Shown here one piece after another: positions 1-8,801 of a stretch of DNA of 35,206 nt. Position numbers and translations under genes: made by a program. Origin of the DNA: an uncultured Saprospiraceae bacterium (GTDB lineage: Bacteria; Bacteroidota; Bacteroidia; Chitinophagales; Saprospiraceae); contig CALMKY010000130.1 of assembly GCA_937867195.1 (NCBI GenBank), positions 1-35,206 of the forward strand, given 5' to 3'. The notes under the pieces were generated by a model. It did no database searches, had not been told where the DNA came from, and was given only the letters and a program-made list of their open reading frames with translations. The stretch's first letter is position 1, and every line of letters starts with the position of its first letter.

Positions 1-2
1 AA

Positions 3-887
3 ATGGCCAAAGGAAGTTTTACTTTCAATACCGATAATTATTATACACTGGCAGACGGGAAGCTATTTATGGGAAAGCAACTGCGCGTAAAAGAGTTTAA
101 AGGCCTGGTACCGCTATTTATTGCATCATATTGTCAAAGCGGGGACGAATACCTGGACGACTATGGCAAACAGGGTATTATGAGCCTTGAAATATTAAAT
201 GAATATTTTGGTGAACTTCCATTTACGCAGTATTCGATTTTGTTACGCAAGGCTATACCGCTGGAACCAACTACCGCACCGGCTTTAGGAATGGAACATT
301 TGCAGAGCTCCACTTTTTTAGGTGATACGACAGGATTCAGATTAAAGCCCATGAGCCGGGAGGAGCTGATCAAAACAATTCCCACCTATCTGCATCATAT
401 GGGACATGCCTTTTTGCCGTTGCGATGTTATGGTGATGCTTACCGGCCGTATGTAAAAGAAATTCCACCCATTATTCATACTATCTGGTTTAATGAAGGC
501 TTTATGTGGTACATACCTTTTGAAACTCTGAAGTCAGATGAGTGGGAAAAAATATTTTACAGGAATACCTATCAAACAGATCCTCAAATAAAAAAGATGA
601 GTTTAACCGAACTGTCTCAGGAGGCCTCGCTAATGTATGGTGAAGATTTTCGTTTAGGCAGGGCTATCTATTCCAGAGGTGCCAGTATGGCCATCGAAAT
701 GAATCGTTATCTGAAAGAAAAAACAGATGGGAAAAAATCAATGCGAGACATTATACGCTATCTCTATCAATGGTCAAAGGAAAATAAAAGACCTTTTACG
801 ATGGATGAATTTCCGTTGCTCATCAATAAGGCCTGTGATATTGATTTAACCGAAATCTATAAAAAATGGCAGTTACCGATTGAATAA
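3..887 (+). CDS. Gluzincin-like (peptidase MA / M1-M61-type) metallopeptidase homolog, probably 5'-partial at the window edge; HHMGH where HExxH is expected
   Basis: The ORF runs to the window edge. 'LHHMGHAF' (393..407) is followed about 27 aa later by 'WFNEGFMWY' (486..503). This is the HExxH...(W/F)xNEGxA layout of gluzincins, but the catalytic Glu position holds His. Confidence 0.45.
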   Translation: MAKGSFTFNTDNYYTLADGKLFMGKQLRVKEFKGLVPLFIASYCQSGDEYLDDYGKQGIMSLEILNEYFGELPFTQYSILLRKAIPLEPTTAPALGMEHLQSSTFLGDTTGFRLKPMSREELIKTIPTYLHHMGHAFLPLRCYGDAYRPYVKEIPPIIHTIWFNEGFMWYIPFETLKSDEWEKIFYRNTYQTDPQIKKMSLTELSQEASLMYGEDFRLGRAIYSRGASMAIEMNRYLKEKTDGKKSMRDIIRYLYQWSKENKRPFTMDEFPLLINKACDIDLTEIYKKWQLPIE

Positions 888-967
888 AATGATATGCTGA
901 ACTGATTATGGACTATCTACTGATCAACACTGGAATCATAGCATATAAAACCGTCGTATCTTAAGTC

Positions 968-1726
968 TCATCTTAAAAATACCCCTTTTGGATACTCGAC
1001 TTCTGTCAGATACAATGCATGGGCAGGCAAACTCAGACTTTTGGGTAAAAGCGTCTGGTAATCCATTGCCTCGATGACATCATCTTTCGTTAACTGACCT
1101 AAAGCGACCTGTACGCACATACCGGTAACGAGTCTTACCATACCGCGTAAAAACCGGTTGGCTTGGATCGTAAATTTTAATCTCCTGGCTTCTATCATTT
1201 CCCAACGGGCGTACAGTAAATTGACATCGTAATGATCCACCCCGGAATTACTCAGGCAAAATGGAAAGAAAGCTTTGTATTTCAGAAGAAGGTCCGCTGC
1301 TTCCTGGAGTGTTTCGATAGGTAAAGAGTCAAAATTTCTTATCCGGTAAGATGATTCATCCATAAAAGGCGATTTATATCCATGTATGAAGTATTCATAA
1401 GTTCGTGAGATGGCATCAAATCGGGCATGAAAATTTTCATTCATTAGCAAAACCCGATCAATGGCAATATCACCTGGAAGTATAGCATTGAGATGATAAA
1501 TCAGATCCTGATTGATTTTCTTTTCACCATGATAATCAAAATGAGCAACATAATATTTTGCATGTACGCCGGTATCCGTCCGGCCACAGCCAATTACTTC
1601 AGTTTCGACCCTGAGCAGAGTGGTCAACGCGGATTGCACTACTTCCTGTACAGTCGTTTTATTATGTTGGATCTGCCAACCATGATAATGAGTACCCTTG
1701 TAGGATAAGAGGATTGCAAATCGCAT
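968..1726 (-). CDS. truA: tRNA pseudouridine(38-40) synthase TruA
   Basis: N-terminus MRFAILLSYKGTHYHGWQIQ and catalytic-Asp motif GCGRTDTGVHA. The 252-aa length is typical of TruA. Confidence 0.95.
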   Translation of the reverse strand: MRFAILLSYKGTHYHGWQIQHNKTTVQEVVQSALTTLLRVETEVIGCGRTDTGVHAKYYVAHFDYHGEKKINQDLIYHLNAILPGDIAIDRVLLMNENFHARFDAISRTYEYFIHGYKSPFMDESSYRIRNFDSLPIETLQEAADLLLKYKAFFPFCLSNSGVDHYDVNLLYARWEMIEARRLKFTIQANRFLRGMVRLVTGMCVQVALGQLTKDDVIEAMDYQTLLPKSLSLPAHALYLTEVEYPKGVFLR

Positions 1727-1736
1727 ACGATTTTAT

Positions 1737-2123
1737 TCAAAATTCTTTGGCTGATGTATCCATCACTTCCAGTACATCCCCTTTTTGCCTTAAAAGAATG
1801 ATTCCTTTACTGGTGATTGCTTCTTCAATATTTTTTGGGCCAGACATACCATTGTATAGAATGATATCAAACTCATCTTGCAGTTTTCCTTTATGAGCCA
1901 TTACATTTGCTGCGATTGAATCGTATTGAATGCCCGCGAGTTTCATTTTTTGGCTCAATGAATAATAAAAAAACTCCTCGGTAACATCACCGAGATTAAT
2001 TCCTATACTGCTTAGAATTTGATTCGTCTTTTTAGATTGTTCTTTGACCTCTCTCAATTGTTTATCTGTTTCCAATTGAGCAATAGCCAATTTTTCCAAC
2101 AATTCATCTATACGGGTATTCAT
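1737..2123 (-). CDS. Small hypothetical protein with an N-terminal coiled coil; DUF3782 / PD-(D/E)XK-like, apparently lacking the E-x-K core strand
   Basis: 128-aa ORF packed between sod (18-nt gap) and truA (10-nt gap). It has a coiled-coil N-terminus, 'IGINLGDVTEEFF' and the acidic strand 'DEFDIILYNG'. The family assignment is from memory only. Confidence 0.55.
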   Translation of the reverse strand: MNTRIDELLEKLAIAQLETDKQLREVKEQSKKTNQILSSIGINLGDVTEEFFYYSLSQKMKLAGIQYDSIAANVMAHKGKLQDEFDIILYNGMSGPKNIEEAITSKGIILLRQKGDVLEVMDTSAKEF

Positions 2124-2141
2124 ATCTCAAATTAAATCATA

Positions 2142-2894
2142 TTATTTCATAGGCTTCATGGCCGCAGCATAACGCTTACCTACTTCATCCCAATTGATTA
2201 CATTCCAGATGGCATTGAGATAATCAGCCCGCTTGTTTTGATACTTCAGATAATATGCATGCTCCCATACATCGATACCGAGCAAAGGCATGCCTTTTAA
2301 GTCGGAAGTGGACATCAGTGGATTGTCCTGATTGGGAGTAGATCCAATCGATAATTTTCCTTTAGCATCCGATACCATCCAGGCCCAGCCTGAACCAAAT
2401 CTACCTGCACCGGCTTTATTCATTTCTGCTTTTACATTTGCCAGATCTTTGAGATCCCGGGTGATGGCAGTTGCCAATTCGCCGGTTGGAGCGGTAGCAG
2501 CCTTAGGAGAAAGTGATTTCCAAAACATAGTATGATTGTAATGGCCACCACCATTATTCCGGATGACGGCACTGTACTTGGCCATATCACCGAATAATTG
2601 CTCCAGGGTCATTTTGGCTGCAGCAGGATTGGTGGCTAATTCTTTATTGAGATTGGTAACATAAGCACCATGATGTCGGTCGTGATGGATTTCCATGGTC
2701 ATGGCATCGATGTGTGGCTCGAGTGCATTGAATGCATACTCGAAAGCAGGTAATGTATAGGCATCACCGGGTGCAAACATAGGCTCTACCTTCGGAATCA
2801 AGGATGTCGGACTGCCGGCAAATACTTTTGATTTATTTATGATTGAGAATAAACTGAGTGCGCTTACGCTCTTTAGAAATTGTCTTTTTTCCAT
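2142..2894 (-). CDS. Fe/Mn-family superoxide dismutase with an N-terminal export signal
   Basis: Metal-ligand motifs 'EIHHDRHHGAYV' and 'DVWEHAYYLKYQN'. An extra roughly 26-aa N-terminal signal, MEKRQFLKSVSALSLFSIINKSKVFA, is Tat-like with KR in place of RR. Confidence 0.92.
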   Translation of the reverse strand: MEKRQFLKSVSALSLFSIINKSKVFAGSPTSLIPKVEPMFAPGDAYTLPAFEYAFNALEPHIDAMTMEIHHDRHHGAYVTNLNKELATNPAAAKMTLEQLFGDMAKYSAVIRNNGGGHYNHTMFWKSLSPKAATAPTGELATAITRDLKDLANVKAEMNKAGAGRFGSGWAWMVSDAKGKLSIGSTPNQDNPLMSTSDLKGMPLLGIDVWEHAYYLKYQNKRADYLNAIWNVINWDEVGKRYAAAMKPMK

Positions 2895-2959
2895 TGTTTA
2901 AAGTTTTAATTTCAAAAGTAAATGAAATTTTATGGAATCAGCTTTATAAATACTGAAAT

Positions 2960-4564
2960 CTACAACATTGTATTCTCCAAAAAACCCTGCTCATTTGGAT
3001 AATCGGTAGTATAATGCAAACCCCTGCTCTCTTTTCTTAAGGAGGCAGAACGTGTCACCAGGTAACCAATCGAAATCAGATTGCGCAGTTCACATAATTG
3101 CGGTGAAAGCACAGAGGTATTGTATAAATCTTCCGTCTCGGTGTATAATAAATGCAATCTATCCATCGCTCTCTTGAGACGGACATTGGAACGTACAATC
3201 CCTACGTAACTACTCATGATCTCTTTGAGCTCTTTCCAGGACTGAGTGATCAGGACCATTTCTTTGGGTTCGGTCGTGCCGCTGTCATTCCATTCGGGTA
3301 GTCCTTCCCGGTAAGTAACCTGATCAATAGATTGAACGACATCCTCTGCGATCCTTTTACCATACACTAAAGCCTCAAGCAATGAATTGGATGCTAATCG
3401 ATTGGCACCATGTAATCCGGTGCTGCTGCATTCCCCGGCTGCATACAAATGCCGGATCGAAGATTTACCGGATTGATCTACTTTAACTCCACCACACATA
3501 TAATGACAAGCCGGCACGACAGGAATCATTTGAGTCATCGGGTCTATTCCAATGCTCATACATTTATTATAGATCGTAGGGAAATGGGCCACAAATGCTT
3601 CTTTTTCCAAATGCCTGCAATCAAGATATACAAAATCATCACCCCGCACTTTCATTTCATTATCAATGGCCCTTGCAACAATGTCGCGGGGAGCCAATGA
3701 TTTGCGCTTGTCGTATTTGTGCATAAACTCTTCGCCGTCTTTGGTCTTTAATATGCCACCGAATCCTCTGACTGCCTCTGAAACCAGGAAGTCAGGATTT
3801 TCTCCCTGAGGATTAAATAAAGCCGTCGGATGAAATTGTACAAACTCCATATTTTCTACCCGTCCCTTAGCCCGGTAGACCATGGCGACTCCATCACCAG
3901 TTGCTATCTGAGGATTGGTGGTATTGCGATAGATCTGACCTGAGCCACCGGTTGCCAACACCGTAGCCCTCGCTATCCAGGTTTCGATTTGCTTGGTTGC
4001 TTTATTTAAAATATACGCTCCATAACAATCAATCTCGGGCGATACCCGCGTGATCGAATACCCTAAATGATGCTGGGTAATCAAATTGATAGCATAATAA
4101 TTTTCATGAACGGTAATATTGGCATAGGATTTTGCTTTTTCGATTAATGCCCGTTGTATCTCAGCGCCGCTCAAATCTTTATAATGCAATATGCGATTCT
4201 CAGAATGGCCTCCTTCACGGCCCAGGTCATAGTCAACATCTGATTTCGTTTTATCAAACCGGGTACCCCAATCAATAATTTCCTGCACCCGGGCGGGCCC
4301 TTCCGTGACTACATTATACACTGCTTCTTTATTGCATAGGCCATCCCCTGCATCCAGCGTATCATCAATATGTTTTTCAAAATTATCCTTGCTCTCATCC
4401 CAGACCGCAGCAATACCTCCTTGCGCATACCTCGTATTGCTCTCAAACTGCAAGGTTTTACACAATAGAGTTATGCTGAGATCTTTCCTCATCGAAGCAA
4501 TCTGGATGGCCGTGGATAAACCAGCCACACCAGAACCAATAATTAAAATATCCGTATTTTTCAA
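2960..4564 (-). CDS. nadB: L-aspartate oxidase
   Basis: FAD-binding fold 'ILIIGSGVAGLS', plus 'RYAQGGIAA', 'HPTAL' and 'AAGECSSTGLHGANRLASNSLLE'. The 534-aa length is typical of NadB within the fumarate reductase/succinate dehydrogenase flavoprotein family. Confidence 0.93.
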   Translation of the reverse strand: MKNTDILIIGSGVAGLSTAIQIASMRKDLSITLLCKTLQFESNTRYAQGGIAAVWDESKDNFEKHIDDTLDAGDGLCNKEAVYNVVTEGPARVQEIIDWGTRFDKTKSDVDYDLGREGGHSENRILHYKDLSGAEIQRALIEKAKSYANITVHENYYAINLITQHHLGYSITRVSPEIDCYGAYILNKATKQIETWIARATVLATGGSGQIYRNTTNPQIATGDGVAMVYRAKGRVENMEFVQFHPTALFNPQGENPDFLVSEAVRGFGGILKTKDGEEFMHKYDKRKSLAPRDIVARAIDNEMKVRGDDFVYLDCRHLEKEAFVAHFPTIYNKCMSIGIDPMTQMIPVVPACHYMCGGVKVDQSGKSSIRHLYAAGECSSTGLHGANRLASNSLLEALVYGKRIAEDVVQSIDQVTYREGLPEWNDSGTTEPKEMVLITQSWKELKEIMSSYVGIVRSNVRLKRAMDRLHLLYTETEDLYNTSVLSPQLCELRNLISIGYLVTRSASLRKESRGLHYTTDYPNEQGFLENTML

Positions 4565-4612
4565 AGTAGTGAGGTATTGTAACGATCAAAGATAGGCATA
4601 TGACCACAGATG

Positions 4613-5488
4613 CTATTTCCTCATCAGTACGACATTGCCCGCGAAATCATCCCGGTAATGGATTACGTGATCAATCATCGTATGATCTGCGTGTACCCTC
4701 TTACCAAAAAACATCGAGGCGTGGGTTTCAAAATCACTCTCTGCATCAGAAGTATAAAACCGGTAGGAGCTGTTTTTTGTTATCTGTGATTCCATCTCGG
4801 GATGCCGGCTCAAATAATCTTTAAGACTGTCTGCTATGATAGGTCCCTGGGGAATGACTTTAATACCCGGGGCCATTTTTTTTATTTTATTTACTAAGAT
4901 CGGATAATGAGTACATGCCAATAAAATCACATCGATGTCGGGAGATTGAGCCAATAATTCTTTCACATATTTTTCAATGAAATAATCAGCTCCCTCATTA
5001 TTGATTTCATTATTTTCTATCAGCGGTACCCACAAGGGGCAGGCTTGTTGATAGACTTTAAGACCGGGAAACCGCTTGCCGATCTCGATTAAATAGGATT
5101 CAGAGACGACAGTACCCGTAGTAGCTAATAAGCCTATGCTTCCGGTTTTTGTATACTTTCCAATCACTTCGGCCGTCGGCCGGATGACCCCCAAGACTCT
5201 TCTTTCGGGATCAATATGCGGTAAGGCAAAATGTTGAATATTTTTCAAGGCTTTAGCCGAAGCCGTGTTACAAGCAAGGATCACGAGTGGACAATCATGC
5301 TGAAAAAACCATTGCACACATTCCAGCGTATAATCGTAAATGGTATCAAATGATCGTTGACCATAGGGTGCCCGTGCATTATCACCTAAATAGACGTAAT
5401 CATATTGGTGTAAATCCTTAATAATTTCTCTAAGTATCGTGAGTCCACCATAGCCTGAATCGAACACTCCGATAGGTCCTGATATCAT
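4613..5488 (-). CDS. murI: Glutamate racemase
   Basis: 'GVFDSGYGGLT' and the two catalytic-Cys motifs 'ILACNTASA' and 'LLACTHYP'. Confidence 0.95.
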   Translation of the reverse strand: MISGPIGVFDSGYGGLTILREIIKDLHQYDYVYLGDNARAPYGQRSFDTIYDYTLECVQWFFQHDCPLVILACNTASAKALKNIQHFALPHIDPERRVLGVIRPTAEVIGKYTKTGSIGLLATTGTVVSESYLIEIGKRFPGLKVYQQACPLWVPLIENNEINNEGADYFIEKYVKELLAQSPDIDVILLACTHYPILVNKIKKMAPGIKVIPQGPIIADSLKDYLSRHPEMESQITKNSSYRFYTSDAESDFETHASMFFGKRVHADHTMIDHVIHYRDDFAGNVVLMRK

Positions 5489-5547
5489 TGGACAAAAATA
5501 GGGATTGAATCGACTTTAGAACTGATATATTATTTATTCTGTTTGGA

Positions 5548-6702
5548 TTACCTGACACCAAACTGGTAACTTGTCATTTCGTGATAGGTATCTCCCGGTC
5601 TTAAAACGACGGATGGAAATCCTGGCTGATTGGGTGAATCAGGATAATGCTGCGTCTCGAGACAAAAGCCACTGTGTTGACCATATCTTGCATTATTTTT
5701 AGTACCGATGGCTGCTCCATTTAAAAAATTTCCAGTGTAAAATTGGACGCCTGGCTGTGTAGTATGGACGGTCATGACACGACCGCTTCCCGGATGATAG
5801 ACTTCAGCAATGATATCATCCTGTTTACGATTGGCGATAAAATTATGATCGTATCCACCCTTCACCTTATCGATGTCTTTACCGATGGGTTTTGCTACTC
5901 TGAAATCAAATGGGGTTTTTCCGACCGAATCAATTTTTCCTGTAGGAATCAGTTTGTCATTCACCGGAGTATATTGATCGGCATTGATTTTCATCAAATG
6001 ACCTAGGATCGAAGTATCGCTTCCTGCGGATAGATTGAAATACGTGTGATTGGTAAGGTTAATTACGGTGGTACTATCGGTACTGGCTTTATAATCTAAT
6101 AACAAAGCATTTTGATCCGTCAGGGAATATCTCACCTGTGAAGCCAAATTGCCGGGGAAACCTTCTTCACCACTTTTACTTATATATTGCATGGTAACGG
6201 AACTGTCCGTCATTTGAGTGATACCCCATACTTGTTTATCAAAACCTTTGAGGCCCCCATGCAAGGAATTTTCTCCATTGTTTGCTGCCAGTTTATAGGT
6301 TTTACCATTGAGGGTAAATTGAGCTTTGGCGATTCGATTGGCATATCGGCCCGCCACACAACCAAAGAATGGGTTGGTCTTGCCGGTATACCCATCTAAG
6401 GAAGTAAAGCCTAATGTCACATCTCCAGCCGTACCATTTTTATCCGGCACCATGAGCTTGAGTATAGTGGCTCCATAATTCATTAAAGTGACGGACATAC
6501 CGTGTTTGTTTTTTAATGTCACCGCCTTGATTGAATCGGTGCCTACCAAACCATAGTTTTCAATGGCTGCGGGGGCAGATGCGGCAGGCATGGAAGACAT
6601 CATGGTTTTAGACTCTTCTTTTTTAGTATCGTTTTTACATGACGTGATGAAGAGTACACCCGCCAGAATACCTATCAAAAGTTTCGAAACACGATGGATC
6701 AT
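5548..6702 (-). CDS. galM: Aldose 1-epimerase (galactose mutarotase), lipoprotein-type signal
   Basis: 'NNGENSLHGGLKGFDKQVW', 'NLTNHTYFNL' and 'FCLETQHYPDSPN'. The N-terminus has a lipobox-like 'FITSC' (Cys22). Confidence 0.9.
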   Translation of the reverse strand: MIHRVSKLLIGILAGVLFITSCKNDTKKEESKTMMSSMPAASAPAAIENYGLVGTDSIKAVTLKNKHGMSVTLMNYGATILKLMVPDKNGTAGDVTLGFTSLDGYTGKTNPFFGCVAGRYANRIAKAQFTLNGKTYKLAANNGENSLHGGLKGFDKQVWGITQMTDSSVTMQYISKSGEEGFPGNLASQVRYSLTDQNALLLDYKASTDSTTVINLTNHTYFNLSAGSDTSILGHLMKINADQYTPVNDKLIPTGKIDSVGKTPFDFRVAKPIGKDIDKVKGGYDHNFIANRKQDDIIAEVYHPGSGRVMTVHTTQPGVQFYTGNFLNGAAIGTKNNARYGQHSGFCLETQHYPDSPNQPGFPSVVLRPGDTYHEMTSYQFGVR

Positions 6703-6778
6703 TTGTTTATCAATTTATTTGAAGTGTGAAGATAAATAATGAGATTCTATTCATTAAGAAATATACCATTAATTTTGA

Positions 6779-8020
6779 ATGCTTATCATGTCGCCAGATC
6801 CTTTTGCCGCATGGCAGATCCGAGATTTCAGATTTTATATAGTAGGAAGATTGTTTTTTATCATAGGCCTCCGCATGTCCCTGACAGTCGTCTCCTGGTG
6901 GCTTTACGAAGTGACTCATGATCCGCTGGCCATCGGTTTGATTGGTTTATCTGAAGTCATTCCGGCCGTCGGATTAGCATTGTATGCCGGGCATGTGATC
7001 GATACCACGGAGCGGGCAGGATTATTGAGAAAAACGATGTCTGTATACGCATTGACTTTTCTACTCATTTTTTTAGTTTCGACCAGTTTAGTACAAAAAC
7101 ATTTTAGTCAGCATTCATGGATTTTTATGGTGTATTTGTTGATGGCTGTTACAGGAGGTATCAGAGCATTTACCGGTTCACTGTATCCGGCGATCTTAGC
7201 ACAGACGGTCTCCGCGGATATGCTTAAAAATGCCGTTACGCTGAATAGTGGTGTCTTCCTGATAGCAGCTATTATCGGTCATTCGATGGGTGGGTTTTTA
7301 ATTGCTGTGATCGGAGTGCAGGGTGCTTTAATGGTATGTTTTATATTAGTAGTCCTGTCCTATCTCATTATTCGCAAGATAGGGCCCAAGCCGGTTACAA
7401 AAACCAATTTAGCTCAATCAGCATGGACCAGTGTACAGGAAGGTCTGCGATTTGTATTCAATACCAAAGAACTGCTTGCGGCCATGACATTGGATCTTTT
7501 TGCGGTTTTATTTGGAGGTGCCACTGCCATGGTCCCCGCATTTTCAAAAGATATATTGCACGTAGGGCCTACCGGATTTGGCTGGCTAACAGCTGCATCT
7601 GATATTGGATCTATGTTGACGATTATCGGGATGACCCTAAGGCCTATCAAGTCGCGTCAGGGTATCAGGCTTTTATATGTAGTCGCCGGCTTTGGAATTT
7701 CGATCATTGTATTCGCTTTATCCAAGAATTACATTTTATCATTTATTGCCTTAATGATGAGTGGCATGTTTGATGGTGTCAGCACCGTGGTTCGAGGGAC
7801 AATTTCTCAAATATTTACCCCCCATGAAATCAAAGGCAGGGTCTTATCTGTCAATTCTATATTTATTAATTCATCGAACGAATTAGGTCAATTTGAAAGT
7901 GGTTTCGCCGCTAAACTACTTGGTTTAGTACCTTCTGTAGTATTTGGAGGAAGCATGACGTTGATCGTGGTATTGCTTACCTGGTGGAAGTCACCGAAGT
8001 TAAAGAAATTAGAATATTGA
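6779..8020 (+). CDS. MFS transporter
   Basis: 413 aa with about 12 hydrophobic segments and an MFS-like N-terminus (FRFYIVGRLFF...). The start could instead be the ATG at 6788. Confidence 0.85.
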   Translation: MLIMSPDPFAAWQIRDFRFYIVGRLFFIIGLRMSLTVVSWWLYEVTHDPLAIGLIGLSEVIPAVGLALYAGHVIDTTERAGLLRKTMSVYALTFLLIFLVSTSLVQKHFSQHSWIFMVYLLMAVTGGIRAFTGSLYPAILAQTVSADMLKNAVTLNSGVFLIAAIIGHSMGGFLIAVIGVQGALMVCFILVVLSYLIIRKIGPKPVTKTNLAQSAWTSVQEGLRFVFNTKELLAAMTLDLFAVLFGGATAMVPAFSKDILHVGPTGFGWLTAASDIGSMLTIIGMTLRPIKSRQGIRLLYVVAGFGISIIVFALSKNYILSFIALMMSGMFDGVSTVVRGTISQIFTPHEIKGRVLSVNSIFINSSNELGQFESGFAAKLLGLVPSVVFGGSMTLIVVLLTWWKSPKLKKLEY

Positions 8021-8164
8021 TTTTGTCGTTTGAAATTTGGATGTGGACACCCACCGTAATAACTTTCATCAAATGGATACCCATCAAAATGTAAAAAATA
8101 ATTAATACTGCAAGGTTCCTACTGCAAGATCTCAAAGTTGAAGAATTTCTATCACACTAATTCA

Positions 8165-8617
8165 TCAATGAAATTTTGTCTTCAATTGATTGAGTAAAGT
8201 AGCAGCCGCATCGATATCGATTTTGATGGAGGCCAGGGAATCTCTGTAATTCTTTTGCATCATCAGAACCTGAGCGGGTGAAGTTTTAGGATCGATGGGG
8301 GTGGCCCCATTGGATTCCTTTTCGTGTCCCGGTACAGCCCGTTCTTTTCCATTCATTTTTGCGAAAGCTGCATCTGCAAATTCCAGGTGATTGTATACTT
8401 CTGAGATAGCAAATACTGATTCTTTATCTTCATTCCGGATGCGATTGTCTACCAGTTTCGCATCGTTTTTAAGGGTGGCGCTGTTGGTGATGATGTATTG
8501 TTTGATGGACTGACCATCTTTATACAGATCGTAAGCAGTTTTGAGATCAGGATGCTCCGACTTACATGCAAACAATATCAAAAAAGCAAGGGCCGGTAAT
8601 AAAGAAAGTTTTTTCAT
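8165..8617 (-). CDS. Hypothetical lipoprotein
   Basis: Signal peptide plus lipobox 'LILFAC' (Cys18). No recognisable domain. Confidence 0.6.
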   Translation of the reverse strand: MKKLSLLPALAFLILFACKSEHPDLKTAYDLYKDGQSIKQYIITNSATLKNDAKLVDNRIRNEDKESVFAISEVYNHLEFADAAFAKMNGKERAVPGHEKESNGATPIDPKTSPAQVLMMQKNYRDSLASIKIDIDAAATLLNQLKTKFH

Positions 8618-8801
8618 AAGGATTTTACATTGGCTTTCTAAGCGACTGCAAAAATAAACTATTCATCATCAATCGATTAATTCCATATTCGATAAAACTA
8701 TAGTTTAACAATTGATTTGAAATTTTATAAAACATACATTGAAAATGAAAGCATTATAAATTCAGGTTTTCATATATCTTGGCCGGCTTAAAAGATTAAA
8801 A

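Noticed and set aside
6710-6921. Small ORFs (69 aa on the minus strand, 60 aa on the + strand) in the galM-MFS divergent region
   Set aside because: They overlap each other and the MFS 5' end, and they lie across a promoter region. No motif supports them.
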